64,000 nucleotides of DNA from Scenedesmus sp. PABB004 (Eukaryota), in the NCBI GenBank assembly GCA_014905635.1, contig JABVCE010000014.1, positions 744,001 through 808,000 on the forward strand. Reading direction: 5' to 3'. The notes below the pieces were generated by a model. It worked only from the letters and a program-made list of their open reading frames with translations, was not told the DNA's origin and searched no databases. Of this stretch, positions 1 through 15,119 are shown one piece after another. A program made the translations under genes and the position numbers. The number at the start of each line of letters is the position of its first letter. The first letter of the stretch is position 1.

Positions 1-1209
1 GCTCATGGGCCTGGCTTTGAATGGCCTGCAAGGCGGCGCGGCGGGCCCCGCCGCCCTTGCGCACCTCACGGGGCTGGAGGGCTTGACCCTGCGTGACGTC
101 ACGCTGGTCGACCCGGCCGCGGCGTTCACGCCGCTCACACGCCTCACGAAGCTGATGCTGCAGCTGTGGGAGGGTGGCGACAGCGCCACCACGTCAGCGC
201 TGCTGCGCGTGCTGCCGCGCCTGGCCCGGCTGCAGGACCTGGTCCTGGCCTTTGGGGACCACCGGGTCCTGGCCGGCTGCGCCGAGTCTGCCAGCAGCAT
301 CGCGTCGCTCACACAGCTGTCGCGCCTGGCGCTCCGTGGCAGCGATCTGGCGCCCGACGCGGCGGCGCGCCTGTTTGCGCGCGCGCTGCCGTCGCTGCGT
401 GAGCTGACCATCCAATGCACTGACGAGCCTCCAGGAGTTGTGCTTTCGCAGGCCGAGCTGGGCGCCCTGGTCGGCGCCTGCCCCGGCCTGCACGAGCTGC
501 AGCTTCTGTCAGCTGTCGAGCCGGGCGCGTCCTGCATGCGCCTCGGCCTGCTGAGCGAGCTGAAGTCGCTGCACCCGAGGGGCGACTGCGTGGGCGACGA
601 CGACGCGGCGCGCCTGGCGCGCGCTCTGACCGCGCTGCGGGGCCTCAGCATTTGGAGTGCACCCCGGCTGGGCACGGCCGGCGTGGTCCGCCTGGTGGAC
701 GCGACGCAGCTCACCTCTCTGGTCCTTAAGGATTGCGGCGCCAACTATGCCGGCGACGACGACGATGACGACAGCGGCGACGACGCCGGCGTCCTGCATC
801 ACTACATCAAGCTGCTGCGCACACTGCACTTCATCAAGCTGGTGCGCACAGTGGGCACGGGGCGAGCGGGCTGTCCACTGCTGTCGCTGCCTGCGCTTGC
901 CCGCACGCGCGCCGGCCGTCCCCGCGCCGCCGCAGGAGGACCCGCTCACGGTGTCGCACCAGCTGGAGGAGCTGTGCTGCACCAACGAGGTGCTGTGCAG
1001 GGCGCTGCTGGAGCGCAGGAGCGAGCGGCTGGCGGCGGCGCGCGGTGAGCGCGGGCCGGCGCAGGCGCTGGGCGGCGGGCCTCACGCGGGCGTGCAGGAT
1101 CGGGCGTGCGACGTGCTGCCCCCCGCCTCGCCGCGCAGGCGCGCTGGCAGCCAAGGACAAGAAGCTGGCCGCCAAGGAGCTGCAGCAGCCGGGTGGGGGC
1201 CACGGCTGA
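1..1209 (+). CDS. F-box/LRR/coiled-coil repeat-family gene, copy 1 (5' part lies outside the window)
   Basis: LxxLxLxx repeats ([33 protein letters not shown]). Conserved exon 3 (EDPLTVSHQLEELCCTNEVLCRALL, ~936-1045) and exon 4 (~1139-1209, TGA at 1207-1209). Bases ~24-262 are essentially identical to 22862-23100 in copy 3. Confidence 0.85.
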
Positions 1210-1470
1210 GCGTGGCGGCGGCCGTGCGCAAGCAGCAGGCGCGGGGCGGCGCCGGCGGCGGCGCGGTGGGCGAGGTTGTGCGGGCGTGTCGGCAACTGCG
1301 ACACTTGCTGCCCAGCTGCACACGTCACCGCTCGCTCGTCGCCCGCGGCCAGCCGGCAGCCACGCGCGCACCGCTCGCCGCCTGCACCCTGCAAGGCCCC
1401 GCCCGCACCCTGCAGGGCCCCGCCCGCGACCGCGCCGCGCGCCGCCTGGCGGGTCGCCCCCGCGAGCAGC

Positions 1471-3097
1471 TCAGTAGTACGACCGCCGCGGGTTGCCCAG
1501 CGGGTTGGGCCGGAACCTGCGGCCGCCGCCGGTGCGGCGTCAGCGGCGGGCCGCGGCGCGCCCGGCGCGGCGGGGCGGGCGCGCTTCGGGCTCCTGTGCC
1601 CCGCGGCGGTGTGCCGGGGTTCTGCCGCGCGGCGCGTCTCACTTGTATCCGAGCATCATCCGCTTCCGGAACTGCTCGTACGGGTCGTCCCCCGCCGCCA
1701 CGGCGCCGTGCGCCGCCGCGCCGAGGCCGCGCGTGTCGGCGCCGCCGACGCCGGCCGCTGCTGCGGCCGCAGCGGCGCCGGCCGCTGCGACGGGCGCGGT
1801 GCGGCCGTCCTCCTTGGCGCCCACGCCGCTGCCCTCCCTCCAGCCCATCTTCTGCAGCAGCCTGCGCGGCGCGGAGAGACGAGGCGCGGGGCGTGAGCGC
1901 AGCCGCGTGGAGGCATGCGGCGCGGGGCGCGGCGGCGTGCCGGCGCGGGGCGCGAGCGCGGCGGCGCAGCGGCCTGCAGCGTGGGGCGCGGCGCGCCCGG
2001 GCGCTCACTTGTGGCCGATGTTGTCGGCGCCGATCGCCGACTGCGCCTCGACCTGCGCCGGCGCGGGCGGCGCGGCGCGCCGCAGCCCGTTCAGGGCACC
2101 ACCGCGCCGCGCGCCCGCTGGCCCGCCGCGCTGCGCGCTGGTCGCGCATTCGCCTGCCGCGCCGCGCGTGCCGCACCCGCTGCGCGAGCGAGGCGTCGCC
2201 GCATGAGGCCATGAAGCGAGCGAGCTCTTCCTTTGGGATGTAGTCGCCCATGTGGTGCCCCCGGGTGCCGTCCTCGCGGTACACCGCCGTCACCTGCGGC
2301 GGCGCGCCGGCGGCGGCGGCGCGGCGCACGCGCCCCGGGGGCGAATGTTGAGGCGTGCAGCGAGGGGTTGAGAGGGCGGTGGCGAGTGCGCGCGGGCAGC
2401 GGGCAGCGGGCAGAGAGGCGCGCGGCGCGCGCCTTGCGCCGGTCAAACGCCGTCTCCTTGAGCAGCGGCGCGGCGGCGCGCCGCCGCCGCTCCTCCTCCT
2501 CCTCCTCGGCGTCGGCCGCCGCCTTGTGCTTGGCCGCCGCCTCGAGGCGGCGCATGTACTGGTCCATGGCGCTCAGCGCGCCGCCGCCGCTGCTGCCGCT
2601 CGCACCTCCGCCGGCACTGCTGCTGCCCGGCCCAGGCCCGGGGCCGGCGCCGGCGCCGCCCGCCGCCGCCGCCGCCGCCGCTGCTGCGGCGGCAGCGGCG
2701 GCCATGGCCATCGCGGCGTCCGCGGGCGGCGCCGGCGCGGCGGGGCTGGCGTCCCAGCGGCTGCGCTTGCGTCCCCCGGCCTGCTGCTGCGCTGGCGGCG
2801 GCGCCGCAGGCGTGCTGCCGGCGTGCTGCTCCCGCTGCTCCCGCTGCTGCTGCTGCTGCTGCGGCGGCGGCTGCGGCTGCCCCCCGCCACCGCCGCCTGC
2901 GAGCGGGTCAGAGCGCGCAAGGGCGTCAGCACGCCCTGCGAGGGCGCCGCGCCCCCGCGGCTGCGCGCGCCGCGGCGCGCACCCGCCGCTGCTGTCGCAG
3001 GCGCGGCGCGCTTGGCCGGCCGCGGCGCCGCCGCCCGCTCGTCGTCGCTGTCGTCGCCGAAGAGCTGGTCCACGCGCGGCGCCCCCGGCGCCGCCAT
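1471..3097 (-). CDS. SUGP1: SURP and G-patch domain-containing protein 1-like splicing factor (multi-exon)
   Basis: Exons encode GHHMGDYIPKEELARFM, IGADNIGHK, the G-patch QKMGWREGSGVG, DDPYEQFRKRMMLGYK and a terminal FRPNPLGNPRRSYY*, the characteristic C-terminus of SUGP1/SF4-family proteins. The start at 3097 (MAAPGAPRVDQLFGDDSDDE) is inferred. Confidence 0.85.
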
Positions 3098-3462
3098 GCT
3101 GCTGGCGAGCGGCGCGGCGCGCGAGAAACGGTGCTGCTGCGCGCGAGCGGCGGCGAGCGGCGCAGGGCGGCGAGGGGTCCGGGCGTGCCGTCGGGGCCGC
3201 TCGCTGTGACGACGGGACGCTGCTCGATCGCCCAGGAACGGCCGGGCAGCTGCGCAGGCCAGCAGGGCTCTTCTGCAGCGCTGACATCATCGGGGCGCCC
3301 GCGAGCCAGCGCGCACCCGTCTGTGGGCGCCCGCCACTCCCGCGCACCGCCGGCCGCCGGGCGCACCTCCCGGGCAGCTCCCGCGCCTCTCCGCGACCGC
3401 GGGCGTTGATTGTTGAACTCGCCCGGGCCGCCCGCCGCACCCAGCGCTCGCCAGCCGCAGCC

Positions 3463-6702
<3,240 letters not shown>

Positions 6703-7592
6703 GCCCCGGCGTCGCGACGGCTGGGCGGGCGGCGGGGGCTGGGCGGGCGGGCCAGGGACTGGGCTAGCGAGGGGGCAGGAGCCGAGGGCTGTAGCCAAGC
6801 CCGCGTTGTACCAACACCACCGAGCCCCGCCTGCGCGGGCGCTCCTGTGTGTCGCACTCCCTGCCGGGCGGCGGCGCTGCCGCCGGGCGTGTACTCTTGC
6901 GTGCTGTGTGAACTGCGCGCCCCATGCGCCAGCGCGGCGCGGCGCGCGCGGGGCCGCGCGCACGCGCTGTGCCCCGCCGCCGCCGCGCCGCTGCTGGCGC
7001 CGCGCCGCGGACGGCGCGGGCGCGGGCGGCGGGCGATTTGACCGACCGAGCGCGCGGCGCGTGGCCGCGTGGGCTGACTGGCGTTGACGGTGATGACGTG
7101 GAGATGACGACGCGAGCGCGGCAGCAACACGCGCGCGCCTTGGTCGAATCCCCTTTCTTTTTTTCGCGGCGGCGGCAGGCAGGCAGGCGCGCCACCCAAT
7201 CAAAGCCCCGCGCGCCCCCACCACCTCTCCTCCACTCCTCTCTCGCTTGTCAGAGCGACACCAGTGTATCATCACACCTTGTACGATAGCCGGCGATGGA
7301 TGGCGGCGGCGCGGCCCAGCGCGCGCGGGGCGGGATCGCGTGGGGGCGTTGCCTCCCGAGGTTGTTGTCGTTTGCCTCGTGAGCGTCGGCGTCGAGGCGG
7401 ATGAATGACGGCTGCTGAAAACCAGCGCAGCAGCACTAGCGCAGCACCAGCGCGCGGGGAGAAGCGAAGAAGAAGCGCGGATTGTGAGCCCACTGATCCC
7501 TGAGCGGCGGGCGAGGCGAGGGGGCTGCAGCACCGCCCCGGGGCACGCGCGTTGAGCACTCGAGAGTAACGCGGCGTCGCGGCGCACCGCCA

Positions 7593-7597
7593 TTACA
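7593..7597 (-). promoter_or_regulatory. Possible TGTAA polyadenylation signal for SUV3
   Basis: TTACA on the + strand, a few bases after the SUV3 stop codon. TGTAA is the established chlorophyte poly(A) signal. Confidence 0.4.
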
Positions 7598-7603
7598 CCC
7601 CGG

Positions 7604-8395
7604 TCACTCGCCCGCGGCGGCCGCGCGGCGCCGCTCCGGGCGGCCGCCGCCGTCGCTTCCGCCGCCGGGCTCTCCTCCCCCCGCCGCCGCTGCCGCCGCC
7701 GCCGCCGCCGCGGGCGGCCGCGGCGGCACGACGAAGCGCGGCCGCGAGCGCCAGCGCACGAAGCGCGACATGCTGGGGTCGAGCTCGGGCATGAGCAGCG
7801 CCTCAATCACCTCCACCGAGTGGTTCGTCCCCGCCGCGACGCCCGTCTCCGACAGCAGCGCGCCGCCGCCGCCGGGGCTGCCGCTGCTGCCCCCCCCCGC
7901 CGGCGCCGCCGCCGCTCGGCCACGCCGCGCCGGCGGCGACGGCGGTGCCCCAGTTGATGTAGGCCACGGGCGGCGGCGCGCCGCGCCGCGCCGGCCCGCC
8001 GCCGCCGCCGCTGCTGCTGGTGGGCCCCGCGCCGAGCAGGCCGTCGAGCAGCGCCGACGCGGCGGGGACCTCCACCACCGGCGTGTCCAGCACCGCCTCG
8101 TTGATCTCGTCCGCGTCGCTGCTGTCCGGCTGCTCCTCCGCCTGCGCGGGCGCCCCCAGCGCGCCGCCCGGCGCGCCGCCGTCGCCGCCGCCGCCGCCCG
8201 CGACGGAGGCGCTCGCGGCCGCGGACGCCGCGGACGCCGCGGAGGCCGTGGCGGAGGCCTGGATGTTGGCGAGCCCGAGGTTGAGCCAGTGGCTCAGCGT
8301 GCGCGCGAGGCCCGCGACGCGCTCGCGCCCCGGGAACGCGCCGTCCGCGAACCGGAACGACAGCCACAGCCACAGCGCAAGGATCTGGCGCCCGG

Positions 8396-8428
<33 letters not shown>

Positions 8429-11400
8429 GCGGGCGGGCGTCGCGTGGTCGGACGCGGGACGGTTGGCGCGGGCGGCGGCGCCGCGGCCGGCCGCGCGCTG
8501 GCTGGCTTGCACACCGCCCCGGCAGCGGGCCCCCGTGCCCCGCTGCAGCCCGCCTGCCCCGCGCAGCCACCTTGTGCAGACTCTCCGCGTCGGCCATCTG
8601 CGCCTCGTTGACCGGCGGCCCCGGCGGCATGAGCGCGGCGTTGAACACGACCGGCCGCCCCGCCGCGTACGCGTGCGTAAAGTCGAGCAGCGCGGCGCGC
8701 TGCTTCGCGTCGCCCGCGTCGACGGGCGCGTTGACGAGCGTGAACTGGTCCGCCAGCGACAGGCCCTTCACCTGCCGCGCGGCGCGGGCAGCGCGCGGGT
8801 GGCGACAGCGTGGGCGGCGCGCGGGCGGCGGCTTCGCGGCTCCGCCTCCGCCACACGCCGCCACTCTGCCCCCCCCCCCCCACACGCACACACACGCACA
8901 CATACATCAACCAACACCCACCCGGCCGAGCACGCGCGCCGTCTCGAGCAGCTGCTCCTGGTTGCACAGGAAGTACCGGCCGTCGAGCCGCGCCTCGGCA
9001 TCGAGCTTGGTCAGGAGCGCCTCGAGCGGCAGGTCGGGGAACTGCGCGGCGAGCAGCTCCAGCGTCTCCGCCTCGGGCGCGAGCCCCGCGCTCGGCGTCA
9101 GCAGGCGCTCCGCCGGCAGCGCCAGCGCCTTGGACAGCGCCGGCAGGTCGCGCGGGAGCAGCGTCGTGACGCAGCCCTCCGGGTAGATGCTGCGGCGGCG
9201 CGGCGAGGCGCGGCGGCGGCGAGGTGAGGCGGCGAGGTGAGACGGCGGCGAGTTGAGGCGGCGCGCTGCGTGCCGCGCGCGCGCCTGTTGCGCCGCCCCG
9301 CGCGGCCCGCGATCTGCTTGACGAGCGACGGCGGGACCGGCGCGAAGCCGCGCCCGCCGCGGCGCGTCTTGGACAGCGTGGTGAAGATGACGCGGCGGAT
9401 GTTGAAGTTGAGCCCGAGGCCGATCGCGTCGCTCGCGATGAGCACGTTGGCGCCCGAGGCCGGGTCGTTGAACAGGCGGGCCTGCAAGGAAGGGGGAGGG
9501 AGGTGGGCAGGGGCGTGTGAGGGAGGTCGGGGCCGTGCGTGGTGTTTTGTTGGTTGGGGGGCTGAGAGTCAAGGGCGGGTGGCGGGCGGGTGACGGGCGG
9601 GCGGCGGGCGAGCGGCAGCGGGCGCGGCCGCGCCTGCAGGCGGCGCGTCTCGGCGGGCAGCGCGCCGTAGACGATGCAGGTCCGCTGCCCCGTGGCCGCC
9701 TCGATGGCCTGCGCGGCCGCGGCGGCGGCGGCGTGGGCCTGCGGTGAGGGCGCGGGCGCCGGCGGGGGCCGCGCGCGGCGCAGGCAGCCGCCAGGGACGG
9801 CAGGCAGGCGGGCAGGCCGTGTTGCAACGGGCGCCGCGCGCCGAGCCAGCGCCCTGCACCTTGCGGGCCTTGTAGATGGCGCGCCGGCTGAACGCGACGA
9901 CCGCGTCGCCCGCCTGCACGTCCGCCCAGCCGTTGGGCAGGCCGGCCGCGTCGACGTTGAGCGGCGTCATGCTGCGCCGCGGCGGCGGCGGCGGCGGCGG
10001 GCGGCGCGTGCGGCGGCGGGCCGCGCGTGCGTGGCCACACTCTTAACTCACCCCGCGCGGCCGCCGCGCTGAGCTCCGCGCCCGCGCCCACGCCCGCGCC
10101 ACCTCCCGCGCCACCTCCCGCGCCGCCGCCACCACTCCCCCGCGCACCGCTCGTAGGTGTGGAGCTCGAACTCGTCGCCGCAGAGCGCGGCCATGTGGCG
10201 CACGAGCCCGACCGCGCTCGTGTCGCCGCAGACGTGGATGACGTTGGCGGGCAGGCCCAGCAGCGCGCGGCTCCACGCAAAGCCGCGCTGGTCGTCGCCG
10301 ATGAGCTGCAGAGAGGGTTGCGGGGTTGAGGGGTTCCGGAGTTTGAGCTCAGATTGAGTTTTAGGCTTTAGGTTTGAGGTTTGAACGCCGACACGCGCGG
10401 GCCGCGCGCGCGTGCGCAGCAGCGGCGTCACCTGGATCTCGTCGATGACCGCCACGTCAGCGTGGGCGTTGATCGCAGCCATCTCCACCGTGCACGCCAC
10501 GTGCCCCGCGCCCGGGACCTTGAGCACCTCCTGGCCCGTCACCTGGCGGGCCGCGCCGGCCGCGGCGGGTCGCGGCGGCGGGGTCGGCGGGCAGCGGCGG
10601 CGGGGTCGGCGGCGCGGGACAGCCCGCCGGGCCGCGACGAGGGGCCGGCTAGAAGCGGGCGGAGCCGCCGGGTCGGGAGGGCCGAGCGCCCAAGGGGGCG
10701 CGCACCAGGTCGCAGAGCACGCCGCGGTGGTTTAGGGTTTCGTACACCTCCATCGCCAGCAGGCGCAGCGGCGCGCAGTACACGCCGCGCGGCGCGGCCG
10801 CGAGCGACTGCAGTGCGTTGTACGTCTTGCCGCTGTTGGTCGGGCCTGTTGGTTGCGCGGCGCGGCGCGGCGCAGGCGTCGCGGCGCTGCGGCGGCGGTG
10901 GCGCGCGGCGCAGCCCCCAGACGGGCGTGGCGCGCAGCTCGTCGCAGGGTCACCGCAGCGAGGGAGCCCGCGTGCGCTGCCTACCGCCGTGGTAGATGAT
11001 CTTGCGCCGTATGGCGCGGGCGTAGGGGTACCAGGTGTGCGGCGCGCGCAGGTCGAGCGTCGCGACGGCCCCGGCGTACGCGGCCAGCTCCTGCCTGCGC
11101 CGCCGGCAACACAGTCAGCCGGCGGCGGTCAGCGCTCGGCGGCCGGGAGCGGCCGGGCGGTGGCGGTGGCGCGGCGGGTCGGCGCGGCGCGCCGGCGCGG
11201 CGCGGCGGCGGGCGGGCGGGCGGCGTGCAGGGGGCGCGCAGGTCGAGCGCCGCGCGCGCCGCACTTGTACTGGCGGCGGCAGAACTCGATGAAGTAGGGC
11301 ATCAGCGCCGCCTCGACCGCGGGCGTGTAGCGCAGCTGCCGCTCGGCGGCGGCCGGGGCCGCGCCGTCGCCGCCGTGCGGCGGCGGCGGCGGCGCGGCGG

Positions 11401-12402
11401 CGCCCGGCGGCGGCGGCGCCGGCGGCGGCGCGGCGGCGGCGACGAGCAGCGCCGCGGTGAGGCCGGGCGTGGCGGCGCGGGCGACAAACTTGCGGAAAGC
11501 CGTGGTGGCCTGAGGCAGCAGCTGCGGCGGCCGGGCGCGCACGCGGGGGGGGGGGGGGGGGGGGGTGAGCCGCATGCGCCCACCGGCCGGCAGCCGGCGG
11601 TGCCGCGGCGCCGCCGCGCCGCCGCTCACCGCCTTGGGCACGTGCGCGGCGCGCGCCGCCGCCTGCAGCCCGCGGCTCGCCCCAAACCTGCGCAGCAGCT
11701 GCGCGCGCGCTCGGCAAACGCCGCGTCGCTGACGCGCCCGCCGCGCGCCGCGCCGGCGAGCGCGAGGCGCTCCTGCGAGAGCAGCTCGTCAAAGGCCGGC
11801 TGCGGCGCGCGCTGCCACGGCAGGAGCCGCTCCGGCGCGCCGACGACGACGTGCGCGAGCAGCTGCGGGAAGGTCTCGCTGCTGCACAGCGCGGCGGGGA
11901 TGGTGCCCGCCGGCGCCGCGTGGTCGCCCGCCGCGGGCTGCGCCGGCGCGGGCCCGCCGCCGCCGCCGTGCGGGGCGCCGGCGGCGCGCGGCACCGTCGC
12001 CGCCGCCGCGCCGGGCGCCGCCGCGCCGGGCGCCGCCGCCGCGGGTCGGTCGTCAAAGTCGCCGGTGCTGCCGCCGTGGTCCGGGCGTCGCCCCTCGCCG
12101 GCTGCGCTGCTGGCACCACGCGCCCCAAGCGCCACCCAGCAGCTGCTCCACGGCACCTGCGACGCGGCAGGGCCGCGTGGGGCGCGGGCGGGGCCGCCCG
12201 CCGCCGCTGCACGCCGCCGACCGCTGCTGGGTGCGCTCGGCGGAGCCGCCACGACTCAGCAGAGGCGCCGCACCTGCTTGTCGCCAAGAGCAGAGGACCA
12301 GAGCACGTCGACGGCGGCCAACGGGGCCCGCTGGCGGCCGGAGGCCCCGGCGGCGAGCAGCGCTGCCGCCGCCTGCCCGAGCAGCCTCCCGCTCGCCCGC
12401 AT
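7604..12402 (-). CDS. SUV3: Mitochondrial ATP-dependent RNA helicase SUV3 (multi-exon)
   Basis: Motifs [92 protein letters not shown] and KQIAGRAGR. The start [16 protein letters not shown] resembles a mitochondrial presequence. Confidence 0.93.
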
Positions 12403-12569
12403 GCCTCCCCAGGTGCTGTGCTCACGCGCGCATGCTGACAATACTCGAGCGCGACACCCAGCGCCGCGGGAGGCGTTCTGCTGCGGCCGAGCAGCGGGTT
12501 TGCGCCCGGTGGCGGCTGACGAGCGCCGCGGCGTGGCGGCGGCGGGGGGGGGGGGGGGGGGGGGGGGGC

Positions 12570-15012
12570 GGCGGCGAGTGTGAAGGGCAGCGGCGGCGGC
12601 GGCGGCCGCACCACACGACGGCGGCCGCGCGCGAGCGGCAGGGTCGTGCGCAGAACCGCCGCCGACACTCGAGCACGGGCGCGGCGCAGCCAGGGCGGCG
12701 TGGCGGCCCCGTGGACTCCGCCCCGGCGTCGTTTGCCGCTCGCTCGCTCTCCGCGTCCGTGCTGCCGCTGCCGCCCGCTCGGGCAGCCGCGCCAGGCTCA
12801 ACGCGCACACAGGCCGCACAGCGTATCGCCCCCGCTCTCTCCGATGCTTTGGCAGCGCCTGCTGTCCGCTCAGCCGATCACTTGCGCCCCCCGCCCTGCG
12901 CCCAGCTGCTGCTGCAGCTCTGCCAGCTCGGCGGCCTGCGCCTGCTCCCTCGCGCCCGCGGCCGCCAGCTCCTGGTCCTTGGCGGCCAGCGCCACGTCCT
13001 TGGCCGCCAGCGCGTCTGCGCGGCGAGGCGGCGGGCAGCGCGTGAGACGCCCAATCCCGCCCGCCAGCGTGGCGCCAGCCGCCCAGCGCCCGCGCCGGCC
13101 CCCGCTCACCGCGCGCCGCCGCCAGCTGCTCGCTCCTGCGCTCCAGCAGCTATCCTGCACAGCTCCTCGTCACCGCGGCACCGCTCCTCCAGCTGCTGCG
13201 CGACCGTGGGCGCGTCCTCCTGCGGCGATGCGGCGGGGTCGTGTGTCAGCTGTCGTGTGGAGCAGGCGTGTGGAGCAGGCGTGCAGGCTGCTGCCGCAGT
13301 GGGCGGCCTGAAAGGGCCACTGCCACTCTCGTGGCAGCACAGCTCGACAACACCACAGTCCTCATCGCCACCATCAAAGCCGGTGTCGCAGACAAACAGA
13401 CGCACCAGCCGCGTCGTGTCCACCAGGCTGGCCACGCCGGCCGCGCCCAGCCGCGGCGCGCTGACAACGCTGAGGTGCTGCAGCGCGGGCAGCGCGCGCA
13501 CGAGGGGCACCACGTCGGCGTCGCTCACGCAGTCGCCCCTCAGCCACAGCGCCGTCAGCTCGCTCAGCAGGCTGAGGCGCGCGCAGGACGCGCCCGGCTC
13601 GACAGCTGACATAAGCTGCAGCTCGTGCAGGCCGGGGCAGGCGCCGACCAGGGCGTCCAGCTCGGCCTGCGAAAGCAGAACATCTGGAGGCTCGTATGTG
13701 CATTCGATGGCCAGCTCGCGCAGCGCCGGCAGCGCGCGCGCAAACAGGCGCGCCGCCGCGCCGGGCGCCAACTCGCCGCCAAACAGCACCAGGCGCGACA
13801 GCCGCGTGAGCGACGCGATGCTGCTGGCAGATTCGATGCAGCCGAGAGCGCAGCGCTCGGGAGCGCGTGGCCATGGAACAAAGGTTGGTGAGCGCCGGCA
13901 TGCGCGGCAGCGCCGACAGCACCTCGCCAACCGATGCCCCATCGCAACAGTGCAGGTGCAGCTCGTGCAGGCCGGGGCACAGCAAGCCGGGGGGGGGGGG
14001 GGGGAAGGTGCAGTAGTCCATGTGCAGGCGGGTCAGCGCCGGCAGCATGGCGCCGCCGCCGCCGCCGTCGCCGTGCAGCGCCACGGCCATGTGGTTGCAC
14101 GTCAGGCTGAGCAGCTGGGCCAGTGGCAGCGGCAGCTCCAGCGGCACGTAACGGTAATCGGGGGCGGTGGCGTCTAAGCTCACCACGCCGCGCCCCCGCC
14201 CCGCCAGCCAGCCGCTGAGCGCGGCGGCGCGCTGGGCCGCGCTTCCGACCTCGCCAAACTTCACATGCACCTCCCTGCTGGCCGCGGCCACCGCGTCGGC
14301 CCACACGCGGCACACGAGCGCGGCGGCGCCCAGGCGCTCGCGCACGTCCAGCTCCGCCAGCACGCGTGGCAGCACCTCCGCCGGCAGCCGCGCAAAGGCC
14401 GACGCGCCCTGCGGCACGCGCGGAGAGGCGGCTCAGGGAGGGTCAGGCGCGCAGGTGGCGGGGGACGCTGGCTCGCGCGGGCCGGCCGCGGGCGCGGGGC
14501 GCGCACGCAGCAGCGCGCGCACGCCCCCCGCGCCGCCGCAGGCCGCTGGCGCCCGCCCGTGATCCGTGCTCACCGAATCGCCGGGCTCCATGGGCGCGGC
14601 CCTGCAGGCGGGCCCGGGGCCAGGCGCGGCCGCGGCGGGCGGCGCGGCGCGGGCGCGAGCAGCAACGGCGGCGGCGGCGCCTCCTCGCAGGCGGTGCGCA
14701 GGCGTCGCGTGCGGCGCGGGCGCGAGCAGCAGCGACGGCGCCGCCTCCTCGCGGCCGGGCGGGCCGGGCGGGGCTGCGAGGCGGCACCGTAAGAGGGCGC
14801 GGGCGCCGGAGCACGCGGCGCCGTAGTGGCTCAGGCGGCCGGGGCGGCGGGCGCTGCGCGGTCCCAGCCGCGCGCGGGCGGAGCCGAGCGCCTTGTGCGT
14901 CTGCGGGGCGCCTGGCTGCGGCGCAGGGGCTTGGTGTGACCGGGCTGTGCGGGGCGCTGCGGTGGCGGGGAGGCTGCACGCGCCAAGCCCAGGGCGGTGT
15001 GCGCAGAACCGC
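12570..15012 (-). repeat. Repeat unit copy 2 (F-box/LRR cassette plus spacer; spacer motif at both ends)
   Basis: The motif GCGGTTCTGCGC..C..CCCTG (minus-strand reading) occurs at both ~14990-15012 and ~12640-12660. Homology to the other units runs throughout. Confidence 0.75.
12870..14591 (-). pseudogene. F-box/LRR/coiled-coil gene copy 2 with an internal deletion and frameshifts
   Basis: Micro-exon ATG GAG CCC GGC GAT TCG|GT, then F-box [32 protein letters not shown]. The coding sequence jumps from ..SAALS directly to ..GCIESASS at ~13840 (~360 nt missing relative to copy 7) and is split over several frames. Confidence 0.75.
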
Positions 15013-15119
15013 GAAGCCGAAGAGGCACAGCGCACACGCCAGCTTCGCACCGCCGCAACCCGGGCTGCCGGCAGCGCCGTGCGCCCGCAGAGATTGCACA
15101 GCTCCCCGCCAACCCCAGG

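Noticed and set aside
7075..7165. tRNA or tRNA-derived SINE (B-box-like GGTCGAATCC followed by a T-run)
   Set aside because: The B-box is imperfect, and I could not build a cloverleaf or find an A-box.
10731..10740. Telomeric TTTAGGGTTT
   Set aside because: It falls within SUV3 coding sequence (YETLNHRG on the minus strand) and is coincidental.
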